From contig OZ249445.1 of the NCBI GenBank assembly GCA_965235115.1, positions 2,604,001 through 2,668,000 on the forward strand: a DNA stretch of 64,000 bases, written 5' to 3'. Below the pieces are notes generated by a model that was given only the letters and a program-made list of their open reading frames with translations, was not told the origin of the DNA and searched no databases. This document shows, in pieces, positions 55,237 through 64,000 of this stretch. The position numbers were made by a program, and so were the translations under genes. Source of the DNA: Laetmonice hystrix. Lineage: Eukaryota. The number at the start of each line of letters is the position of its first letter. Position 1 is the first letter of the stretch.

Positions 55237-57633
55237 CTGAAAAAACAAGTAACAAAGCATTTATTCACTGGTCAATCAAGTCCACAAAACAATATGTACT
55301 CCTGATTCGTATACTCGTATAAAATTATATTAATAAAACTTACAAAATATACATATAATATCATTATCCATGTAAGGTCATTATATATTCATTATCCCTT
55401 CTGGTAAGCTCAGTATAGAAAATCACAAAACTCAGCTAATCAGCTCACTCACCAGACAGAGCCCAATACCTATGCCTATCCCTGCCAAGTATCCTGTAAA
55501 TCTCCACGCAAACTCCCTCCCAGCATTGTAGCAACCCTGGAATACGAGAACATACACATACAATATGATATTATATAGACACGTGTTATATATAGACAGG
55601 TGTTGCACTGACGTAATAACCTGCAAACTTAATGTATGTTCCACACAGTATAAATTGTCATTCAGTTTAACTTGGCTGTGCCTGATTATGTTGAGACGCT
55701 CACCCGAGAATGCACTGCCGGGTTGACCTCCCCAGACGGTCTGCCTGGAGGGCCCTGGTTGAACGTCTGGCATTTCTCCTTGTCGATGTATTCACCATAC
55801 GCGTTCAGCAAACAGCATGACGCAGGCACATACGGTTTGGAGTGCTCCACCACACCTGGCTGGATCTTGTACCACTCCGACTCTTTATACACACCCCAAC
55901 CATTGGCTTCCACGCTGCAGCAGTACAGCTAGTGCGGAGGAAAACAGTCCAGCACATAAACACAAGGTGGCTGCTACAAAACTATCATTGTCATACACAT
56001 AGTCATAGCCAAGGTTTTTAAAAAGGAGAATTCTGTATTCAGATTTGCCTGAATAAACACTGGACTCAACAAAACTTTATTATAAAATACATTCGCGCTA
56101 ATATCAGCAAAGATTTCCCAGAAAACAGATCAAGTGTCTTACCTCTACTTGTGCCATGTCCCAAGCCCGTGTGAGAGCCCTATTGTTGCCATTATCTAAA
56201 TTCACACCATACTCTTTCCTCAAAGTGTCAGCCATTTTTCCTCTGATTTCGTCTCCAATCTGCAAAAAGAGGCATTTCAGAAGTTATTAAAAATCTGATA
56301 GTGTAAATGAAATAAACACAGGCAATTACATAATGAACCAGGCCCAGCTTCCTTGCTACTGCAAATGCAGAATTAATCATTTGGTGTAGGAAAACCCCGG
56401 GCCCATTTAAAGAACTCCTTTTTACTAATTGACCACATGGTATACATGTAGTAAAAAGAGCAAGGAGAAAAATACCTGTAGATTTTAAGTTTGTGGCATA
56501 GATTCCCTTTGACCTACAGAAATTGTTTCATTCTGGAGTAAAACTGCTTACCTGAGAGCGAAATACGAGGGCCAGGATACCTCCAAGCAGGAGAATCACA
56601 AAAATGATGAGAACACTTACAAAGTACTGAAACAAAGTGAACACAGTGATCATTTCTTCTTCATAGTCTGCTTCATGTATACATGTATAAAATAAGATTT
56701 TAGTGTCACACTCTTGATCTACAAGTTGTCAGGCAAGTAAGCTACTGTAAATGCATTTGTTAAAAAAAAAGAATTAGGAGATCAATAAAAAATATTATCT
56801 AAATGTCAGAAAAAAGAATTGGTGCTTGAACTATACCGGTAAGTCAAAACATTAGTGTAGCTGCCCACTTAATGTTATATAAATATCAAACACAAATGCT
56901 TCATTTAAGCCTGTTGAAAATGAACTCTGAAAGAAAGACCTGTTTGAAAGCTTTATGTGCTCTTGTGGTACTGAGTGATGGTAAAACAACTTACTATGAG
57001 AATTAAGAGTTTACTCTCTCGTACAGCACCGAGACAACCACAGAAGGAGACGAATATGATGACTGCACTGCCGATGATGATGATATAAATGGCTGCTGTC
57101 ATGATATCTGATTCAAATATGGGGGACATGAAGTTTCTCTCCAGTAGCATCCAGATACACACTCCAACCATAGCACAACCCAGCAGCTGCAAAAATCAAC
57201 ATTCAAAGATATCTTAAAACGCAGACCTTTATGCTAAAAAGTAAAAACCCTGGCAATTGGTAAAACTTAGGTAAAACATTGTGACTGCATCCTTACAATA
57301 TCTTGGTGTATTTTTACTTCAACAAAAGCCAAGGCCATTTACAGAATTTTCTTGAATTATATTAATACATCATAAGTTATATGTGTATAAAACAATAAAA
57401 GAACCCCCCCCCCCCACTCCATTCATAAACAGCCCCTGCTGAACACAATTTGCATGAAAATAAAACCAGCACAAATTTATAAACCCCAATCCGCAATATT
57501 CAAAAAGGCAAGAACAACAGAGGGTACTGAATAAATCCTTAGAAATTATACTTACGAAGAACAGGAGGTTCATGATGAACAGGAGATACTTGGAAAACTG
57601 TCCACATGAGTTGAGGTCTTTTTGGATCCCCAT
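55174..57633 (-). CDS. Tetraspanin A (CD151/TSPAN11-like), 277 aa, tandem paralog of TspB
   Basis: Coding exons (-): 57556-57633, 56995-57186, 56552-56626, 56143-56259, 55704-55928, 55453-55536, 55174-55236, all phase 0, GT-AG. Exon sizes 192/75/117/225/84 match TspB. Large-loop cysteines CC, PASCC, C, GC. AATAAA at 55057-55062 (-). Confidence 0.95.
55453..55536 (-). CDS. TspA exon 6
   Basis: GCYNAGREFAWRFTGYLAGIGIGIGLCL|gtgagt. Confidence 0.93.
55704..55928 (-). CDS. TspA exon 5 (entire variable large-loop region, 225 nt)
   Basis: LYCCSVEANGW...PYVPASCC...KCQTFNQGPPG...VHSR|gtgagc. Confidence 0.94.
56143..56259 (-). CDS. TspA exon 4
   Basis: IGDEIRGKMADTLRKEYGVNLDNGNNRALTRAWDMAQVE|gtaaga. 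Confidence 0.93.
56552..56626 (-). CDS. TspA exon 3
   Basis: YFVSVLIIFVILLLGGILALVFRSQ|gtaagc. Confidence 0.93.
56995..57186 (-). CDS. TspA exon 2
   Basis: LLGCAMVGVCIWMLLERNF...FCGCLGAVRESKLLILI|gtaagt. Confidence 0.95.
57556..57633 (-). CDS. TspA coding exon 1
   Basis: MGIQKDLNSCGQFSKYLLFIMNLLFF|gtaagt; the exon extends 5' as UTR to an acceptor at 57807-57808. Confidence 0.92.
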
Positions 57634-58914
57634 CTTTTGATCCCAAGTAAAGCTTTCAATAGGCTGTAATGTAGAATGTAAGACGTATACAGGAGCTGCT
57701 GACGAGAACGGCTTCAGCAAACGGAATGCTCCGGCAGGAGAGCAGTTATCAATGACTGAGCTGCGCCTATCACATGACCTTTGCAACCAGTTATTTTGAG
57801 AATCCACTGTCAAAACAAATCAACACGTCACTCTGTGAAGTGCTAATTATCAGGACGGAAAACGTGATTCCCAACACACTAATGAGCACTGCCGGAATTC
57901 CCTCTTTCACAGACGTCAAACCACTTACATCACCAAATCTTAATATCAATACTACCTTTTATAGGCAGATGAGAGATCATCTAGAGAGGCAGTTAGAAGT
58001 GGACCATTGAATACCCAAGGACTATATGGTTTTTCTTCTTGAGAAAACTTTGAGCATGACATTACCGGTAATCAAACTTATGTTTTCAGTGTACAGAAAA
58101 CAAATATTTTGCTTATAAAAACAAAATTCATTATGGTTACTGGGACACCCCCCCCCCCCTTCCCTATGTATCTAATAGTCTGACCCTCAGCAACATCGAG
58201 ATAAATTTCAAGATTGTTGTACCCTACAAATGACCATACTGTTCTGTACCGCACCACTTTCCATCGGTCAGAACCATCCACATACAGATAAATTTGATAA
58301 ATGTCTGATGTTAAGACATTCTGAGGCCATTATTATTTCCTTACAACACTAAGGGATACATGCAGCCTTGAGTTATTAGTTATTTACGTTGAGATCATGG
58401 GCTTATACGATTTTGGGAGATGGGGGTCCTTGGGGAAAATGTGGTATGGTGGTACAACTCGTCAATTCAGGAAATCATTGAAAGAAGAATTGGGAGTTGG
58501 AGGTCTTATCCCTACTGACACGACTGCACAGTCCTAATACATTTTCTTATAAATAATGGAATTAACAGGGCATGGATCACTCATCTTTCATTCCACCTAC
58601 TACAAGCATGAAGCAAACTATAGTACAATGTTTTTTTCACCATTATGCACCATTACTGCTCGATGGGCAGAGAGGATGAATCAGATCAAGTATAGGCAAC
58701 AGTGTAAGCATCTCTAAGAAGTTAGCCACTTTAAAGGGGTAACTTTTGTTAGACAAGCATGTTCATACAGTGGCATGTACTACAGTTCCCCCAAACACAC
58801 TCCTTGCGAGTGCAAGTTTTATAAGTACATGTAGTGTTAACTTTAGCACTGCTCCCACTATTTTGTGTGATGCACTGATGTCATTGCAATATAGAGAACT
58901 TTCTGCAACTCTGG

Positions 58915-60012
58915 GAAAGATAAACCTCATCTCAAAAGTCTACCTTTTTTAAGTAGGCCTATCCGAAGAATCTTCTCCATAACAGATTGAAAAACTGACC
59001 TTACCTTCTAACAGATCACCGAGGATGACTAGAACATAGTCCAGAATGAACCAGCTACAGCACCCAAACTAGAGTTTATGATAGTTGAATTATCTACTTA
59101 CAAGTTACAGTGACAAGCAAATATTTTCTGGTGACCTGATTCCACCCATTTAACATGCAGTGTTCATTACAGGCCGCGCCTTTGTGTCATTCAGGCATAT
59201 TTTTTTCTACTGACGCTAATTTCATGGTGTGCCTGCGCCAATATGGCGCACTGCCCACAATACTGGCACAAACTATGTGATGTGAATGGGCCGCCATATA
59301 CAACTTAGTCAAAACTTACCATTTTAATTGTTTTAAAATACTTAAATGATCGTATTATATTTATCAAAGAAACCATCAGGATGAAGTTTATACATACAAT
59401 ATTTATTTTTAAAAAATGAACTTCATGCATGGTCAAGGTAAGATTGAATTTAACTCAGAATGTTCAGTAAACTTTGTTGACAACAGTTAAACAGCTGCTG
59501 TAAGACGGCTGCTCTACTGACTGATACTGTTCAATGCAGTGGCGCCCATAGCTTTTCCTGCCTATGAGGCAAAGGAAACATCCATGTCCATGACCTATGT
59601 AATTTCACTCATGACCCCCATTTCCAGAACCCTATGGGCCCTTGGCCCCCTCTCTCCAAAACCTGTAGTGAACACTGAACATGCGACTCAGAGCCTGCCA
59701 CTGTGCCACTGGCCAGGCATCAATACAAATGGGCCCTGGGACTTTATCTGAGAAAGATAAACCTCATCTCAAAAGTCTACCTTTTTAAGTAGGCCTATCC
59801 AAAGCATCTTCTGCATAATAGATTGAAAAAATGTCCTTACCTTCTAACACCACCGAGGATGGCTAGAACTTATATAGAGTCCAGAATGAACCAGCTCCAG
59901 CAACCCAAACTGGAGCTTGTGATCATAGTTCAATTATCCACTTTATATAATACATTTTGTACAGTGACAAACAAATATATTATGGTGACCTGATTCCACC
60001 CATTTAACATGC
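58915..60012. repeat. Diverged direct repeat, two ~250-bp copies (58915-59158, 59752-60012), upstream of the TspA CDS
   Basis: Both run from GAAAGATAAACCTCATCTCAAAAGTCTACC to GGTGACCTGATTCCACCCATTTAACATGC. Confidence 0.85.
59537..59703. mobile_element. Small CAGTGGC...GCCACTG MITE-like insertion
   Basis: 7-bp terminal inverted repeat; no clear TSD. Confidence 0.35.
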
Positions 60013-62878
60013 CACTCGGAGCCTGCCACTGTATCAGCCCGGGTTCTCCACCACTTATCAGGGAGGCCCCCATATGGTTCATATGGAGGGGCCTATGATA
60101 ATGAGAAGCTAGATCATTGTACAGAATTAATGGGGTAGCTATGTACTGGGATCCTTGCCACTGGCCAGGCATCAATACAGATGGGCCCTGGGCCTTGTGC
60201 AGAGGCTGGGGAATTCCCCACCTCATCATCCTCCACTGACGAATAGTTCCCACACAGAGACTTATGTTCCCTTACTGTCTAGGGAATTCCTATGAAGACT
60301 TTCTCCTTTTTTATTTGATTCTTAGCCCAGATAAAAATGTAGCCACTCATATCTGGTGATTTAGACTTTATCTTATACACAGGTATGCACCCACTACAGT
60401 TACTAACTACTACAACATCTGGATCTGTTTCTACATCAGTAATAGATTTGAGGTATCATGGCCAGGCAGCACATACATTTCAAAAGGAGAAACTTAAATA
60501 TTTCATCAACACTGCAGCTTTGTCAGATTCAAAGCAAGCCATAAGCACATGGGGTCCTTTGATTAAAGTGAAACAGGAAAATCTGCATTTATACAAGATT
60601 ATTATTAGGGTATCATAGGTTAGGTGTAGCCATGAATAACTGATACATCTATACGGTATCCAGCTATACTTCCCTTCTTCTCCCCTGGATAGTGCTGATT
60701 CATGATGGCTGTTCGTACTTTCTTTCCGATGAGCCTGTGTGATTACATTTAAGTGTGTAAGCCTCAATCTAAATGAAGACTTTCTGAACTTCTGACTGCA
60801 TCATGAGTTACCCTGTTACATGATTAGGCCTACATTGATTCAAGTATGTAAGCCTTATGAAATGAAGTTACATAATTTTCGCTTTCTCAGCTGAAAAAAA
60901 GGCAACATCTTCCCTACTGATAAAAACATAGCACTGTTCCCATGAAACTTCTTGACTTAATTTGATCCATATCAAACCTGTGCCCAAAGAGGCACTTCAG
61001 GCACACACAAAATTCAATTTCAAAGCAGCAGGAAAAAATGCAGCGTTAGAATTTCTAACTATATTAAAGATAAGAAGAAGAGGACTGTCACTTTTGTGTT
61101 CCGACGGTTGTGCACGATCGAGATGTCCAACACCTTTTTGTTTTATCTTTTCCACAATAACTCCCGCGACAACCTTCCATTACCGGTTATGGTTATATAA
61201 CCCCTTGTCCCCAGTTCACACCATATAAAAACACAGGACCCCGTTTCATGGGTATTTAAATTTTAGTACTACGTACAGTGGGAGGCCTAAAAAAGTACAG
61301 TATAATCTTCTTCCGTTAGCTTTAGATCTGTGTTACGTTTGTACAATCCTGTAAATTTGAGTGTGCCTTTATATAGGTTAATACCGATCCACAAGGTTTT
61401 ATATAACGCCATAATAATAGATCGACCCATTGTCTCGGCGGCTAGAACTCGCATGAAGTAGGCCTACCTCCACACCAGTGTGGGTCTGTCACAGTCACCC
61501 CTCATATCGACGCCCTCATGATATCGGGTGCACCTGTGCGGCACATCAAGTAATTCCCACCCACCAGAGGCCGTTTAAAGATATAACCTTTGCCACGAGG
61601 TACATTACAAATGTATGATATACCAATATCTCCAAATAAAGAAAGTCTCTCACCTGATATCAAAACGCAACCTCCCTGATGCGACTGTGTCAATCCAACC
61701 TGAATCGGACTGACCTACTTTCTTTTGAATAGCACACCTGAATCACCTCATTAACATAATAACGACAGCACCAGAACTCTCTCCGAAAGGAGGGGACAAT
61801 GAGTCATAGGTAAACGTAAAAGCTGAATTACACCTGAATTAAAGGCAGAAACGAAACCGGGCCCGGCATCAGCCCATGGTTCCTCGATATAGGCTATGTA
61901 TAGGCCAAATAAGCTAGGTCCTAGCGTTTCAAAGCTGCTTGGTTTACCTGGCGCATACTGTGGTAAAAGGCCAACGAGGTAGAAAATAATAATAATATAG
62001 GCCTACCACTCTATGTATAGGCGCCAAAAGCCTAGGCCTAGATCTACAGTCAGTAATATGGGATGCACACTCCCTAACTTTAACCCCCCCCCCCCCCCGC
62101 CTTCAGTTGCGCCACGCACGTCATGCCTGTAGGCCCATAGATAGGCCTATAGCATTATAGGCCTAGGCCTACATAGGCTAGGGCTAGTTTCATAACTAGA
62201 TAACAATGCCCAAATTTACATTTTCCATTTTTCCAAGGTCGATATGGATGGAAATTACCGTTTTTCAGTGTTAATTAGTGCTCTACTGATCAGGCCATGT
62301 ACTGTAGATAGCCTAAATGAAATAGGCATCCATGGGTGGATACGACCCTGCCGTTATTTGACGTATAGATAGGCCTATCTAGGTAGTACAGAAAGCTTAT
62401 TTGGCCGGGAGATAGGCCTACATGACTTGTGGTTCTTATTGGTGGTGGCTGGTGGTCAGACGGTTGGCGCCAACTGGCACGTGCGCAGTGCGACCTCTGT
62501 CCGCCTCTACGCTTCTAGGCGCTGATGGTCGCGACCATCAGCGCCAAGGAGCGTAGCGGCGGGCAGGGGAACCAGACTGGATGGCCCCCAGCAAAAAACT
62601 CAATATCCCATGAGACATTGCGCGTAGCAGTGACATCTTGCGGCGGAGTGCAAAGAACTACTATTGCTGCCATCTAGTGTTTCACGTTCGAACCAGTCAG
62701 AAAACTTCCTTATATTTACACCAGCTGGCGCTGTCAAAAAAAGCAGATCACGTGATTTCCACGCGTTTCTTGGAGAGACAAGGAACCGCGAAACAGATTT
62801 TGTTATCAAGTTGGCACGAAGCTAATCATCCATACTTCCAACGAGGCCTATTAAACTGTGAAAGCCCCCAAAAGCATA

Positions 62879-63544
62879 ATGGTACCTTCAACAAAGACCA
62901 GCGAGAGCGAGAGATTGCCAAGGTAGGCTAAGGATTTCGGCGCTGATGTCTTATCTAATCGACATTAGACTTAGAGCCAATAGAGGGGGTGAGGGGCGGG
63001 GCTTGGAAAGTGCAGGCAAGGGGCGGATCCAGGATTTTCGTGGTTAGGGGAAGAATTTGCTTTAGTGGGGTTCAACAATTCTAGATATCTATAATGACTA
63101 AGGTTGAGCCCAAATTGTTCAAACTCTTGTAACTCTCCTACGACGTAGGGCCCTATAGATCTAGATCTAGTCCTAGATCTTGTAACTCTCCTACGACGTA
63201 GGGCCCTATAGATCTAGATCTAGTCCTAGTCCTACCCTCCCTTCCGGTAGGTGCTGAAAGGGTTTCATATAAATAGACCGATGCCGATTTCGAGAGGGGT
63301 TCCAGGCCAATCTCTTCGAGCCGGATGTGAGAAGTTGTCCCCAGATATAGGCCTACTCCGCTTTCCTTCACCAGCATAGGCCTAAAATAGCCGAGATTAG
63401 AAAACATGGCATATATAGCCTAGTGTAAACTGACTATCTTGATTTTTCAGGCAGATACATCTGGTAACAAGTAGACGATCCACAAGGAAAAAGGGCCAGG
63501 ACATTTCACCAGAATTATTGTACAATATTTGGGCAAAAAGAGCG
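62879..63544 (+). CDS. Possible first two exons of a divergent gene running off the window (unknown product, may be UTR only)
   Basis: ATG 62879...AG|gtaggc (62922), then ttttcag|63451-63544|gtaagt. The spliced frame is open (MVPSTKTSESERLPRQIHLVTSRRSTRKKGQDISPELLYNIWAKRA). A CpG-rich block lies upstream. No recognisable domain. Confidence 0.3.
63126..63229. repeat. Tandem duplication, 2 x 51 bp (period 53)
   Basis: CTTGTAACTCTCCTACGACGTAGGGCCCTATAGATCTAGATCTAGTCCTAG at 63126 and 63179. Confidence 0.9.
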
Positions 63545-64000
63545 GTAAGTGATACAGGTACAATTACCTCTAAAAAATATTACCTAAAATTAGAAATAAA
63601 TCAATTCCATTCACAAGAGTTGACCCTTCATCCGAACCCCCCCCCCCCCCTTTACTTTTCTAACTGTGCCTCACACTTGTAGGCCTACTCCCTAGACTAG
63701 AGGTACATTTCAGAAATACATGTACTAACTGCTGGCTATAATGATCTACTTATATATATACTTACTATATAAATGCTCTTCATAATTTTAATAATTTTAT
63801 GTACTGTATACTGTATCCATACTTTTTGTATGTATATGGAAATAATAAGTGTATGGAAATAAATCAAAGAAGTGAATTTGGAATTGCCTAGATTTGGTCT
63901 CGGTGCCTAGAGTAGAAAACTGTCCCAAATAAAGTAGGCTACTGCTGGTAAGAGCATGTCAGTACTAGGCTACAGTAGTAGGCTACAAAATGTACCTTGT

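Overview
Eukaryotic (invertebrate animal) genomic DNA with spliceosomal GT-AG introns; the species cannot be identified from the sequence alone. Bases 1 to about 35,900 are repeat-rich with no protein gene I can confidently assign. They contain TTAA-flanked Kolobok-type MITEs (one family in two inverted copies), fold-back elements, a 43 x 19-bp G-rich minisatellite, GA microsatellites and a 145-N gap. Three complete genes follow: PRMT1 (+, 36029-42499, 364 aa) and two tandem CD151/TSPAN11-like tetraspanin paralogs (-; TspB 45819-51359, TspA 55174-57633). The main result, largely invisible in the ORF track, is a cluster of exon-duplication splicing switches. PRMT1 has two tandem 122-nt copies of the THW-loop exon (8a/8b). 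The convergent TspB has two tandem copies of the CC-motif exon of the large extracellular loop (5a 'CCA', 82 nt; 5b 'CCG', 109 nt). In both genes, including both copies shifts the frame, so productive isoforms must be mutually exclusive, and in both a long inverted repeat lies in the intron between the copies. TspB also has a candidate 15-nt in-frame microexon (WQNAK) behind a ~130-nt AG-free zone. All splicing calls are predictions from sequence and need RNA-seq or RT-PCR.
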